A stretch of DNA of 64,000 nucleotides from Tubiluchus corallicola (GCA_030141605.1 JAQGDQ010000171.1:62001-126000), one strand, 5' to 3'; counted from the first letter of the stretch, positions 22,501 through 36,660 are shown. Made by a program: numbers and translations. The notes: generated by a model from the sequence alone, not told the origin.

Positions 22501-25500
22501 ATATATGCTCAAGGGAAGAATTTGCTGCCCTTGTTCCCTGAAAAATGTTCTCAAGGGGAGAATTTGCTTTGGCTTTTGGACTTTATGATTTTTAGCTGAA
22601 AATTCGCATTGCTGATCATTTTCTTCTTCAAGTATTCCAATTTCAAAATGATAATCACAGGTATGACGAGATTAATCGCCTGCGTGGCAATGAGAAGGAT
22701 AAGCTGATGAGATTGGAACTGCTGTTGTCAGAGAGAGACAGCGAGTTGAATGGACTGCAAAAGAAATTCGATGGACTTGATGGTGATCTGGACCGTTACA
22801 GGAAGGAGATTGCCAAGCATACTGCTGATCTGGGAAATCTTCGAGCGGTGAGTTCTAAATTCTCTGAATATTCTCTGAATGTCAAAGATTTCATTGTTTG
22901 ACCATGATACAAAGGTTAGATAAAAGATTTTGTCATAAATTGTTATTTGTTTGTAGACGAATGAGGAAGAAATGCTGCTGAGAGTTGAAATGGAAAACAA
23001 GTTGCAGAGCTTGCAAGAAGAACTCGACTTCATGAACCAATTGCACCAGACTGTAAGAAAGAGCGCTCTAACTATTGTTTTATTATTAAGTCGAAGAGTG
23101 ATTTTTAACGTGGATTATATACCCTTAGATTATATATGCAAATTGTAGTTACTGAATTAGTAAAAGCAAATTCTGCATAATTAAAATTATTTTATGACTG
23201 CAAAGTGTTGCCAAATTATGGGAAGTAATAAGTGACCATAATGGTAGGAATAAGAGTTCTGCGTCTTTTAATTTCCGCTTTCATATAATTTCATGCTATG
23301 TATTATAGTAATAATTATACCATTATAGAACAGGTTTGAAATTGAGGCATAACACCACCAGACCAACTAATACTGTAAAGTGGAATGCTTATTGCTTTTT
23401 GTACCTGTAGGAAATCAAGGAGTTGATGGATCAGCTTACCAGAGACACCGATCAAGATTACAAAAACATGTTCCGCAATGAACTAAGCATGGCTATTAAA
23501 GACATCAGAGCAGAATATGAAAATATCAACGCCATGAATAAACCCGATTCTGAAAATTGGTACAAAGCTAAGGTATGTCAATAAAGCTGAGTTTGTCACT
23601 GTATAAAAACTTGAAATAATTTGGCATATATAATTAGAAATGTTCTTATTTTTGAGACACAGAATAAGTCTTATGCATAAATGTAATCGTTGTTTGCACC
23701 TTTCCTTTAATTTCAGTTACAAGAGTTGCTAGAGATGAACTTCACGTAAAGATTATTTGCATTATTTTTTTATTATTTGTACCTTTGCTTTATTTTCAGT
23801 TGCAAGAGATGCTGGAGGTGACTTCACGTAAAGACAAGGATCAGAGTGCTGCGCAAGATGATGCTCGCAGAGCTCGCAACCGTCTGACGGAAATTAACAA
23901 CGAAATTCTTCGTTTGAAGAATGAGGTAGCTTGAAATACATTTTAAATACGTAGTTTCAGGTATGGTACTTGTTCTTACGTTCCTACATCTCATAAAAAC
24001 CTTTAAATGGTCTAATTTATTGATGACCAAAAATGCAAATTTTAACAAATGGCTGAATGTTTTGTTAAACTGTTCAACTACTATTATTGCGCGTGAAGTG
24101 TTTCGCTAAATTCTGCACTAAAGATCCTATAGATTCGATCATTATTTGTATAATAAGCGATGTACAGTCAATATGCTATGCAGTATGATTCGGGAGGCCT
24201 ACTAAGGTATATGTGATCATGATTTGCGATAGTAACGACCTTGCAATTATGGATATCATTTAAGAAGCGGTTGTCTTTTTGTGCGCAGCGAAGCTTTTTT
24301 GTCAGGGGGTCGTTTATGAGAGAGGGGGATACCCAGCTTCTCTAATCGTTTGAGCAAGTAGGCAGACTTAGAGAGTCTAACTTTCCCTACTAGGCTTAGA
24401 CCATTACAGGAACCCATGATTACTAGACGCCTTCCTTTGGTCAACCAGAGCACGTGTTCTTCTTTTAGAATGGACAATTGGAGCAAAGAGTTCACGAGTT
24501 GGAACTGCTTGTGGAGCAAGAGAATCGTAACTTCCAGGCTATGTTGAACCAGCGCGACGCTGAGCTAGAGGATATGCAACAGAAGATGGCTGCCCAACTG
24601 TTTGAACTGAAAGAGCTGATGGACACCAAGCTGCGTCTGGATGCAGAAATTGCGGCTTACAGACGTCTCCTGGAGGGTGAAGAGAACAGGTATGTGTAGA
24701 GGGTGACCTTTGTAGGCACGTATTGCAAAGTTTGGTGTCTTTCACTACAAAATTGAAAATTTTTGAATTGCGCCACGCTGGCAAAAATACCAGTCTGTGT
24801 TTCATATATACATACCAAAGCTACACATAGCAAAATAATGGTACCTTCTGGAAAGGAAAAGCTGTACGTTATTGCGCCAACGTGTTTCGACGCAATTAAC
24901 CAACTGAACCTATTAACCGATGGATGTAGTATTACAGGTACAGTATGAGTCATCAGCTTACTATACACTGCAAAGGTTTTAATGAATTTTAGATACGATG
25001 AAATCTCTAAATTCGTTTGTGCAGTTAAAAATTAGATAAAATGTTTTAAAATATTAATTTATGTAAGTGAATTAGCAATAAGTTAAAAAATATACTTTTC
25101 TAAATCACAGGCTTTTATAAGTCTGTTTATTTGCAAAAATTACAAAAATTTCTTCAAGGTCGGCTGTACGTAGAAGAACTACCGCGTAAGTTAACGCGGG
25201 AATATCAGGCACATTTGCCATTAATTGCTTAAGCTGCCTTTAAAGCTGCTACTGTCCATAACAAATATAAATGTTTCAGACTTCTTATATGAATAGTTTA
25301 CATGGTTTAGTAGACTTTATGGCAGGGAGTACTGGTGCAGAAATTACAAATTGCGCTTATAACTTAGTTTAGAAATGACGTACACGACATTTAATCATTA
25401 TAACCTTATTTTCAAGATTATTATTAATTATGGTACAAACTATTATAAACCTACTTTTCTACTATCATACACCAAAGTTTCCTAAAGAGGTTTAACGATC

Positions 25501-28500
25501 GTGTTCTTGCTTATGTACATTTATTTATTGAACCTTTAAGGAAGGAAATTACAAAAGACAAAGGAAAACGACTTAAAAACATTATACATCTGAACAAAGA
25601 AACCACATAGAAGTGGTATAATGATTTATTTGTTCAGATGTACATTTTTTTTGTCTTTTGTAATTTCTTTCCTTAATAATGCTTATTTAAACAAGATTAG
25701 ATGAAAACGAGATAAATGAAGTATACAGACAAAGTGTATTAAAATTCTAATTCTAGTCCTACAATAAAAAAATGAAAAGGAAAGAAAACAAAAGAAAAGA
25801 AAAGAAAAAAAGAAAAGTATTAAGCGTCATTGAAGGAAGCACATAAAATATTTACCATTATTAGGGCCTATAATTATATATTTTTGTGTTTATAGACTTG
25901 CGACGACTCCTCAAACCCAGTCTCGTGTCCATTCGAGCTACATTCGTGAACAGCAGACGGTGGAACCAACTTTCAGTGGTATGCGTTCCTCTCCGCGTGG
26001 GGGTAAGTTACTTCCCAGCATGAGAACTCAGCAGAACTAAAACCACCTCTAGCTTTGCACACGCACATTTTGCTGCAGCACAGAGACGTTGAAAAATAGA
26101 CAATACATTTTGTCTGTGTGTAAACTGAAACAAAGTAAATTTCGAAATGAATGCTTGTGTGCTTGTCGTCAAATTTACATATATATATATATCGTATAAC
26201 TTAGCGACAGAACATCGCTGGTCTTGTGATTATGTACATAAACAAAGTCATTGAAGAACCATGGAATGTAAAATGATATTCCAAAACGTAGATTTAACTT
26301 CTGCCAACAATGAAAGCAGTAAAATTAGTGTGTTCAAACTATGCAATCCTGTACGTTGTTTATGTGAACACGAATTAATATTAATGAAACTTATCGAATT
26401 TTCTGGAGCAGAGCTCGCCTTTCTCTCCACAATCTCCGCATCGGAACGTACAGGTGGTCGAGGACACCTAGACAGAACAAGATATGTTTCTGTAATGGCG
26501 TGTGTTCGCCTGCTCAGTCCGAGTTTCATGTAATATGTGAGTGCCCTCTATCGGCAGATGTTCTATTGGATTATCCGTACATCAACTTTAATAGTTTGCA
26601 ATCGGTTTTTAATCACAACAATGTGAATTCTAGCATTGTTGCAGTAGTTAAAATTCTCCGTATAACTGTGATAACGATAGCTTACACGTTATAAATTAGC
26701 AACTGATGAATTAATGATGATCGCGCGTACACTTTTTTAATTGGACTAATATAATCGTGTCGAGTATAATGTGTTAATCCGAGACACATGAATTCTGTAA
26801 TTGCTAATTAAATTATACTGGTCAATAAACTCAATTCAATTCAATTGTTTTAAATCATTTCAAGAGTAAAATAAGGCTCTCCAGAAAATAAACGGAAATA
26901 GGTCTGCTCACTGGTTCATATTGCAACATAGGCCTGATTTGCGCACATTTCTGTAACTGCTAGAAACATTAACACTCCAGTAATTGGTACATTGTTAAAA
27001 GTGTTTTTCGCAATATCATGAAATTATTTTTATAACACTTCGTTTTATTTCATTAACAGAAGCAGCTTAGCTAACAACAAGTTCTTTGCTGGATTCTCGT
27101 GTTTGTGGAAGTGACTTTTGTTTTTGTTTTAACCATACTAATGCACATTAATATCACCAGGTTTGAATCTCATTAAGATATTTCATGCTACACAATTGAT
27201 ATTAATTTCATAAAATATGTAAGTTATATATCGTAATTTAGTAAAACTTTGCTTAAAGTTTATCAACGTATTGGTACTTAATTGTGTAATTTCGTTTAGT
27301 GAGGTTAGTCACTTATTTTTTTCCCGAAACTGAAGTAGTACCTGTGTGAGTCTTTTAATTCATTGTCTTGTCATTAAGAATTAGTTTGTGTTATTATGCC
27401 AGTAGTAATAGTGGTGGCGCCATCTGTTCGTTAAAATGTGTAACAAAAATGTTACGTAACCTGTAAAAGAAATAGGCTCCGTTTATTTAGGCTTTACTCT
27501 TTTGTAGTTTTTTATGTTTATTAATTATCATAGACTATAATTTTTAAAGACTCAGAAAAAGGAACTTTTTAAGCTGTTCGGAACAAGAAAATCGTTGTCT
27601 TATGCATTTAATAAGATAGGATTCGCATTTTCTGAAACTATCATAGGCTCCTACGTTTGTGGAGACCAGTTACAAAGCGGGCTCGGGGAATTAAAAAAAT
27701 CAGAAAGATTATCTCACTATCTGATCTGAGAAATCCTATACCTTTCCTACATCTCTTATAGACGTGTTTTTCAACAATACTGTTTGTGTCGCCCAGATTT
27801 ATACTGTCAGAAAACCGCATTTATGTTTGGTTCACAACTTTATACAGGATCTACTATGAAAGTTGTGTCCAGCGAATCCAGCTCCAAGACATCATTCCAA
27901 CGTTCCAGCAAGGGACCCGTTTCCTTTTCTGATGTCAATCAAGACGGAAAATACATCAGTCTTGAAAATACCAGCAAACTTAAGGTACAGCATTAGAATA
28001 ATGTCCATCTTTTTCAAAGAATACGAACTCAATTGTTCCTAATTTTTTTGCGTGGGACACATTAGCAGTCGGCATTGGACAATCACAATGATTTTTAGCA
28101 GATTATCTCGTATTCGTGTTCTAACTTCTTAACAATAATCTTTTATCTCGAGGTGGAACTTGGTCATGGTTGGTGATCTATTTAAAGACGGTTGGTGTTA
28201 CGCTGCGCCATCTGTTGCGGATTTCTGCCATCAAATATGCGCGTTTCAGTGCAGTCAAAATGTTTTCTTTAATAATTTTTAATGTCACTTTCACTTAAGA
28301 TCCTCGTCAACGTTTTGGTAATAGTTATTAGCCGTTACAACAATAATATAGACTCATTTGGGATTCAAGAAGACCTGCGTTTTCTAGCCATTCTATTGAA
28401 CTTCGTGTTGAAATTACTATTTTGTCGTTCTTTTTCGTTGTCCTAGTCTGATTATTGGTTTTGTTTGTTTATGCTTTGCTTGAAAATTTTTTAAATAATT

Positions 28501-30216
28501 AGCTTGATTGTATATTTTTTGTTATTATATAACCTTTGCTTCTTTATTTGGCTGAACATTGGTTGTGGACTTACAGTTGCATATTTAATTTAGTTAATTA
28601 TGAAAAATAATTGGATTATTTCATTAAATTTAATGGTGCTTAGCTAATCTTCTTTCCTCATTTGTACGCTCATTTGGCACTAATATTTAATGCAGCGCAG
28701 TAATTTTTATTGATTTATGTAAGGATAGGGGTGGTTGACTTGGTGACCTATCTGACCATTGGTATTTTCAACACCCCGTCTCAATTTGTACGTTATTTTT
28801 GTTGTTTTTTTGGGGGGGGGGGGTGAAGAGATTAATAAATATTCTATTCTATTCTATTCTATTCTATTCTATTCTATTCTATTCTATTCTATTCTATTCT
28901 ATTCTATTCTATTCTATTTTATTCTAGGACATTTCCCTTGATGGCTGGAGAATCAGACGCAGAATTGACGGACGAGAAGAAAAGGTCTTCACTTTCCCCC
29001 CAAGATTCACACTGAAAGCTGGGAGAAGTGTAAAGGTTAGCAGTGTCTTGTTGTGTAACTCAACTTACATTTTTTAGAACTGTTGTCTGTCATAGATGCA
29101 CAAACATCTTAGAAAAGCAACAACGTAGTTTCATCTGAATTTAGAATGCCTAAAGTGAAAGCAATAAATTTATTTAGAAAAATTGGGAATTTAAAGGCAG
29201 AACTGTAAAAAATTCACATACTTACTAATCCAACCCACTAATTTGAACTGATTGCCTTTTGATCATTTTGTCAACAATTATAATCCAAAACACCGTAAAA
29301 ATCAAAGTCAGGGATTTTCATGGAAGGCCTTCCCTTCGTTGATTTTAGGTGTGGGCTAGTGGTCAAGGTTCCCATCGTCCACCATTTGAATTGGTTTACT
29401 CCGACAGTAATACCTGGGGAACTGGAATGAATATTAACACAGGATTATACACGGATAAGGATGAGGTATGCATTATTTAGTAATAGCTACATTTTTCATC
29501 AGTTATGGTTCAGCAATAACATGGAACGTAATAACATTTTGATTAAATATAATATCGTTACCATAGCGTGAATTTATGCCTTATTTCGTTACTGGATAAT
29601 AATATTGTGATATTGCAATAACGATATTACTGGGCTTTTATTGCACAAAATATCTTTCAAGATTTTCGTATTTTATTTATACCCAGACTGTCCTTTATAT
29701 ACCCAGTTTATGAGATTCAACGAACAAATGAATGAATTAATGAATGAATGAATGAACGAGTGAATGAATGAGTGAGTGAGTGAGTGAGTGAGTGGGTGAA
29801 TGAGTGAATGAATGAATGAATGAATGAATGAATGAATGAATGAATGAATGAATGAATAAATGAATGAATGAATGCATGAATGAATGAATGAATGAATGAA
29901 TGACTGAATGAATGAATGAATGAATGAATGAATGAATGAATGAATGACTGAATAAATGAATGAATGAATGAATGAATGAATGAATGAATGAATGAATGAA
30001 TGAATGAATGAATGAATGAATGAATGAATGAATGAATGAATGAATGAATGAATGAATGAATGAATGAAAGGAATGAAAAAACGGCCGAAGAAGTGAAAGA
30101 ATAAACAAAAAATTAGGCCGTAAGAAAATTAATGAACAAGCAAAGGTCATGAATTGCTAATTTGAAATTTTTTTGTCTTTCAGGAAAAGGCTACCCACAT
30201 TCAAAAGACGGCTTAA
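19509..30216 (+). CDS. Cytoplasmic intermediate filament protein with long coil 1b and lamin tail (Ig-like) domain, 12 exons, 605 aa
   Basis: Exons 19509-19910, 20649-20770, 22661-22847, 22957-23052, 23411-23572, 23800-23925, 24469-24689, 25896-26002, 27848-27984, 28928-29035, 29349-29465, 30184-30216. All GT..AG, 1818 nt in frame. Helix initiation [26 protein letters not shown], helix termination KLRLDAEIAAYRRLLEGEE, LTD motifs SKGPVSF..DGKYISLEN, LDGWRIRR, FTLKAGRSVKVW, TWGTG, and the end EKATHIQKTA*. No KKRK-type NLS or CaaX box, so not a lamin. Confidence 0.93.
25536..25676. mobile_element. Short foldback/MITE with TTAA ends in IF intron 7
   Basis: TTAAGGAAGGAAATTACAAAAGACAAA / TTTGTCTTTTGTAATTTCTTTCCTTAA and TACATCTGAACAAA / TTTGTTCAGATGTA. 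Confidence 0.7.
26250..26848 (+). mobile_element. Degraded LINE 3' end (C-terminal CCHC-like region) in IF intron 8
   Basis: RARLSLHNLRIGTYRWSRTPRQNKICFC and SEFHVICECP; ends AATAAACTCAATTCAATTCAATT. Confidence 0.65.
28840..28926. repeat. (ATTCT)n microsatellite running into the IF exon 10 acceptor
   Basis: Directly visible; ends ...ATTCTAG|GAC at 28927/28928. Confidence 0.95.
29726..30075. repeat. (GAAT)n microsatellite
   Basis: Directly visible. Confidence 0.95.
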
Positions 30217-32599
30217 TTTTTTTTACGAATAATTATAACAATTTTGCACAAAAATGGCACAAAGCACAAAAATGGCACAGAAACGCTGTAAACTTCCTTT
30301 TTTCTAGTATTTTGGCTTGTACGCGGTTTTTCACTGAATTGTCCAGCTTCACTGTCTTTTAAAATTAACAATTTTTTTGGAAGGTATTTTAGTTTAAATC
30401 TCGCAAGAAGTTCGCATAATGGAAAATTATTTTCTTTAGTTCCTTTAAGCTTTTAAATTTGAATTAAAATAATAAAATTTTATAGCACAGCATTATTACA
30501 GCGGTTTGTGTTTTATATTATTATCTAAATATATTATATTATATTATACAATTATATTATATTATACACCTAATCTAAAAAAATTGTAAAATTTACAAAT
30601 ACTGCTATAATAGACCTTTACAAAATGCGTTTTAAACTTGTAACAGGCTGATATGGTACAAATAGGATATATGCAAACGCATTCCTAAGTAATTAAAATA
30701 ATTAAATTACTTCAAGCTCAAGGGTTATCAAACTCGAGTGATTTATTCCTATAAAACACTCTAGTCTAGATGCTGTGACAGAAACACATTTACTATTTCA
30801 TTCGTGTTCCAAAGTCGTTTATTCTAAAGAAAATAATAAAGAGAATATGAACAAGTAAAAAAATAAAGAGGATAATAAACAGAACCTTAATTAGTAAGAA
30901 GAGGATAAGCTGTTGGTCAAACTGCTTTCACGAATTCACAAATCGAATTTATAAATTCAATTCAATTATTCAAATACAGGTAACTTACATCGTTGGCTCT
31001 TCATCAAGATGCAAAATATGATCAAAGAACAATTTCTTGTAATTACTAAAACGCTGTTGTTAACTAGCATGACAACGATAGAAAAACATTGCTGTGAAAA
31101 AAAGCTGGCCATCATTGTTCTCCTCGCCCGTTGTTTCTCCTCCTAATCACAACCCTGCTCTTAGACGGTAGCACCTTCCAGTAAATAAGCGTCGTTATGA
31201 GTATTGCAATTTCACTAGAGTTTGCCAAATACCAGAGAAATAACGGATTTGAAATTGAAGAAGACAAGTTTCCAATAACTTATTTTATTTTAAATTGAAC
31301 CACGTAATTGAACCTCTTACACAGCAGGTTAATGATACGCTCTTGCGTGCCATTGTTGTGTTTTAAACTAAAACCGATAAAGTTGCGGGTTTTTTTCAGT
31401 GTTTAAGATTATTCTTTTCTTTTTCTGCCATAAACTCTAGTAATTAATTAATTAATTAGGGCAAAACAATAGCAAATAACGAACTGCGCAGTTACACAGT
31501 GTTGTGCCATGCATGTAGACTTCGCTGAAGGTTTCGTGTTTTTTTAATTAGTACTTTTTGATTCAAATAAATGTTTATTGCAACAATATCCTACATACAT
31601 TAAAGCCCATGAACCAGTAAGAAAGCAAATTTAGCTTTGTCTGGAGTTTCAATGAAGCACCAAAAAAAATAATTACAGTAATAAGGTTTGTCTCAATCCA
31701 TTCAATGCTTAGAATGCATAGCGGCAAAGTACGTATAGAAAATGTATAAGTTAATTGCAATTATGCAAGGTTTTGAGGGTATAATTAGCTGCTAATCGGC
31801 TTCGAATGAGTTTAGTAACACAGGCACATCAACAGCCAGCAGCAGGTTGTATAATTCTCCATGAATGCAAATTCTCTTTGCCTCTTTCAACTTTTCCGCA
31901 GCTAAACGCAACGGCAATTATGTAAACTCTCACAAAGGTCTCCATTCCGGAAACTATCTAATTTCGAAACGCCGAGCACGGGTAATCATTTTTAGTTAAG
32001 GTAACGAGTAATTACACGACGAAACCGAGGCAAGAGAAAACGTTTTGGAAGTAATCAAACAACTGGGTAAAATGTAATAGTGAAAATATAGCAGCCATAA
32101 TAGGTTGCACTCTGACAATCATTTAACTTAGTTTTCAGTTTTACATTATTTTGTGCCCTTCCGCGAGAGTTTGTTAAGCTTAGGTATTGTTGCCATTGCA
32201 CTGGCGCCGACTAGGAAGCCACCTCTCCCGGGTCCACTGTGTGTTAAGATTTAATGAAATGATACAGGAAGAGCTGAATACACACAAGCCGGAAAATGCA
32301 AACCTCGTAATGGGTTGATAGGCGCCTTAAATATAAAGAACAAACAAATTACAGCTGCTGATTTGCTCGATAATCATCGAAAACCGGATATGACGTGTAA
32401 TGAGTGCGAATGTAATGCAATAAAAGCCGCGTTTTGGTAGAGAGACTAATCCAAGAAAAAACTTACATAAAGTTGTTGTTCCTTTTGCTAAAAAAATCAA
32501 GATCTTGCGTGCAAAATTTTGTTCAAATTTAAACTTCGGCGCAAAGATATAACCATCAGCACCATCAGCAGTGACATTGGAAGGACTACCGGTATCACC

Positions 32600-32930
32600 T
32601 TTATCATCATTCACATCATCGTTGTCATGATCATGATCATGACCATCATTCATCACCATCACTCATCACCACCACCACCACCACCACCATCATCATCATC
32701 ATTATCATCATTCACATCATCGTTGTCATGATCACGATCATGATCATGATCATCACTCATCACCACCACCACCACCATCATCATCATCATTATCATCATT
32801 CACATCATCGTTGTCATGATCATGAACATGATCATCACTCATCACCACCACCACCAACACCATCATCATCATTGTTATCATCATTCACATCATCGTTGTC
32901 ATGATCATGATCATGATCATCACTCATGTC
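32600..32930. repeat. Compound CAT/CAC repeat with duplicated blocks
   Basis: ATCATCATTCACATCATCGTTGTCATGATC occurs four times, separated by (CAC)n/(CAT)n. Confidence 0.85.
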
Positions 32931-35344
32931 GTGGTGACTTTTGCGACGACAGTAAAACAAAAACGAGAACTTTTCCTTCTGCCATAAAGCTAAATTTATT
33001 CTTTTTACGAAAGCGCAATATACATGTTTTCTCTTCTATCTCAACTCAACAACTCCCTGGTCTCTTTACTAGATTAACTTCTCAAACCAGTTCCTACAGT
33101 TACACATAAATTAATTCACAATGGCTTCTTTACGGCGGGCGAATCGTGAAGCCCAAACTTCACGACAACTCATCACCACCCGTCGACATAAGCATCACCA
33201 CTAATTTAGTAACAAAAAGAGCAAATCTCCGACTTGGACGTTCATCTTTTACGCAATCCGTTTCTAGACACAAACGCGCTGAATTTTCATGAATACCAGA
33301 TTCAACTCTTTCGTTAAATAATGCAGTGCTTTTGTGTGCAGTTAGTAAACTTATCATGCCTTGTCAATGTTTACATAACAAGCTTTGACACATTAAACAA
33401 GTGACGTGAATAACTAAACAGATTTGGCACTTGAGTACATGTATCATTGTTGGGAAGAGAAATGTATCCTTCTTGCGTGAGAAGAAAGTGAACAGAGGTG
33501 GTAAATTGGCAATCAAAAAGATGTAAAGCTTTTTATAGGTAATGAATTAGTAGAAAAGGCGCGGAAATCTTGGCAGTAATTAGACAGCATTAATACTAAG
33601 GCCGCCATTGAGTTTTAGATATAACTGTCGTCAAGCTTTTAGTTTTCTCACTGGGTAATTTTTCAAGGTTACATTCGGTAAGGAAAAGATTGCGTGCAAT
33701 TAGTTATTTCAATGTGATTTTAATGTTGTAAGCCAACACAGAAAGCATAATAGAATATGTAGATAGCTATAATTAATATTAGTAATCAAATATTTAACCT
33801 TAGCAAAAATATAGTTAATTAAAAATTAGCAAGATATGTGACTGTAATAAAACTACATTAGCGTTTTAATACAAGCAAATATCAGTAATAATTTGCAATG
33901 AAAAACGAATAACTGCAACGTATATTCATTAAGCAAAAGTCTAAATCATGATTAGCGTAAAATTCTTGCCTTCAAAATATGGACACTTTGGCGAAGCGAA
34001 ATTGCCGATTGCTTTTACACTTGAGTCTGACTGTGGCGGAACTAAATTGGGACAACTTGAAAATAAAAAATAGCATTCAAAACACGAAAAGATAATAATT
34101 ATGTTACCGGTAACTAAAATTGTGCACAAGTTTAAAGTTTCGAGCGACCGCATGTCTTACCACAGTCCTAAAATCGTAAAATTTTTACTTCACAAATGCC
34201 TCGTACCGACCGCCGACAAAATTCCAGGACGCTATCCTATGAAAACATTTTATCCAAACGCCGCATTTAAAGCACATTCTTCTTGAAATTTTATACCACT
34301 TACATACTGCCTTTTTGCATATTAGACTTGCGTTGCATTAACGCCGTATAAAACATGTAAATTTAAATTCCCGCGATGACCGTTTAGACGCAGCTATTTT
34401 GACGATAAGTCATTTGAAACAAGTTTAGATAACACTGAGTAAAGTTTGAAAAAATAATCAGAGCATTCGTAGCTCACACGTCACTGACCAAGTAAAATTT
34501 AAAATTACTGTACCTTGTCAATAAAATTTAAAATACGTTTTTGGTTAGTGAGTGCCGCACCCTGGAAGGTGTGTCAACGACATTTTACCAATTGATGAAA
34601 ACATTTCAAATAATTAATAATTTCTTTTCAAATTACGTAAGTCTTTCAAGCAGGTAAGCGGAATGCTAAGTAATATAGCTTTGCATGGGGAGTTTTTTGG
34701 GACATAATTTAACATTGCCTTTTCTTTCCCTGATTAACGTTGTGCGTAAGTGACGTCATGTAATGGCGCCGTCGGAACAATATTGCGGAAAATTTAAAAT
34801 GAAAACAAACAAAAAAATCCTTTCAACGATATATGCATAAAATTGCTGTAAAGTAAAATAATTTCTTAAGGCGACTTTTCTGCAACCTACTTTAGGTACC
34901 TCTTTTCTTGTCCTTTAAATTTGTGCCTCGATTGTACTGTAGTCACAGATTGTTTGATACAGCACATACAGTATAATGAGGTAAACTGCATTACGAGAGG
35001 GTGAGTCGCCAATTACTGGGCCACTTTTGCTCAATAATTTGTAATCTAAGGTTTACTAAGGTTTCCACATCAGTTATGCATTTTAATAGTGAATTTAAAG
35101 TTTCGTAAGTGTATTATAGAATTGATTATTATCACTTAGCAACTGCTCTGTGCTAAACCTACCCATTTAACGCGTGCAATAAAAACTACCCGAATTGTGT
35201 CCCCCTCGCTCAATGTCAGGCGTTCACAGACGAGGATGAATTTTGAGTGTTCTGCACAGTATTTTGCATAAATGACCTAGTGGAATTTGATTTCGTTATT
35301 GTTAAAAAGTTCGGTGGTGAAATCTGCATTTCGAATTATATATA

Positions 35345-36420
35345 GAATCTTTATTTGCCATAAAAATCGATATTCATAACTATAAAAGCATAAAAGAACA
35401 TCGCAGCATGAGAATAAAATTCACACAACTGTTAAAGGCAAATGCGACCAGTACAAACTAAAAACTACTGTGCCAAAAATTTTAAAAAAATATACATTAT
35501 AATGTTACATGCAAATTATAATAGCCTATATACAATATATACATACAATTTAAAATGGACGTGGGTAAATAAAATTTGCGGATAAATATATATTATCGTT
35601 TACGTATGTAGGGTTTTCAAAATGATTTAATGTATGTATTTTTAATTTTGATTTGAATTGTTTTGTTTTAAATTTGATGGCAGGGTATTCCAAAGTTGAA
35701 CTCCTTGTTTAATGATAGAATTGTTGCCGTATTTGTTATTAGTGCATATTTGTTTAATATTGTGTGATCTTGGATTTAATGTTGGCTCCAAGCGGAGTGG
35801 AAGCTTGTTTTTGATGAATGGCGTGTTAATGTTGTTGATGTATTTAAATAAGAATAGGATTGTGTAGAAGTCTTTATGTGCTTGTAAAATTGGGATTTTA
35901 AACATTGTTCTTAATTCTATTGCAGAGGTTTGATTTGTGGTGAGAGACGTTTTATTTGAATAGCCAGTGACTAATCTTAATGCATTATTTTGAAGACTAT
36001 TTAGTTTTTTATAGCTGTCTCTTGAAACTTCATGAAAAAGTGTGCATCCGTATAAAAAGTGCGGTAGAATGAGAGTTTTAAAAATTAATAACTTTGTCTG
36101 TTTAGTTAGTTGACCTTTCACCTGTCGTAAGTAGGATGGTCCGCATGCCATTTTATCGTAAATTTTATTAAAATGGTTATCCCAAGAAAGTTTGTTATCT
36201 ACACAGATTCCAATAAAACTTACATTGTTTTTCTGTTTTGTTATGCTATTTTCAACTTTTATTGAAGTATTAGTTATATTGTCATTTGAGAAGGGGGAAA
36301 GGACCATGAAATCTGTCTTGGTGCTATTTCATTTAAGTTTTAAATGGGTAAATGCTATCTTAATGTTTGCGATGTCCTGTTCTAAAAGTCGTTGAGCTGT
36401 TGCTAGATTTTCGTGGCCTA
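35345..36420 (-). mobile_element. 5'-truncated non-LTR retrotransposon (CR1/L2-group) RT C-terminal fragment
   Basis: ORF 35642-36307 contains SFIGICVDNKLSWDNH, KLLIFKTLILPHFLYGCTLF, KKLNSLQNNALRLVTG and GVQLWNTLPS; AATAAA lies near 35350 on the - strand. Confidence 0.85.
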
Positions 36421-36660
36421 AATTTGCCTAAATTACTTTAATTTAAAACAAGATGTGATTGGGAAGATTTTTATCGCCACACCCATCTCGTAAACACTGT
36501 CAAAAACACAACGCATGGAGTCAGTAAGCCAGGGTTTACTTCTACCAATTTCTTGCATCAGCTATTTAGCTTCTGCAGCTATTATTATGACGACATGGAA
36601 TACCTGACATCTGGCAAATGCAGATGATAAATGCAAGCTTCGTGCTAATAATATTGGCAA

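Noticed and set aside
22478-22567. Roughly 41-bp tandem duplication in IF intron 2
   Set aside because: An ordinary local duplication with no functional signal.
24873-24960. Possible minus-strand hammerhead (CTGATGA ... GTCGAAACACGTT)
   Set aside because: No stem II pairing between the halves; at most a broken remnant.
19509-30216. Nuclear lamin
   Set aside because: No basic NLS between the rod and the LTD and no terminal CaaX; ends EKATHIQKTA like invertebrate cytoplasmic IFs.
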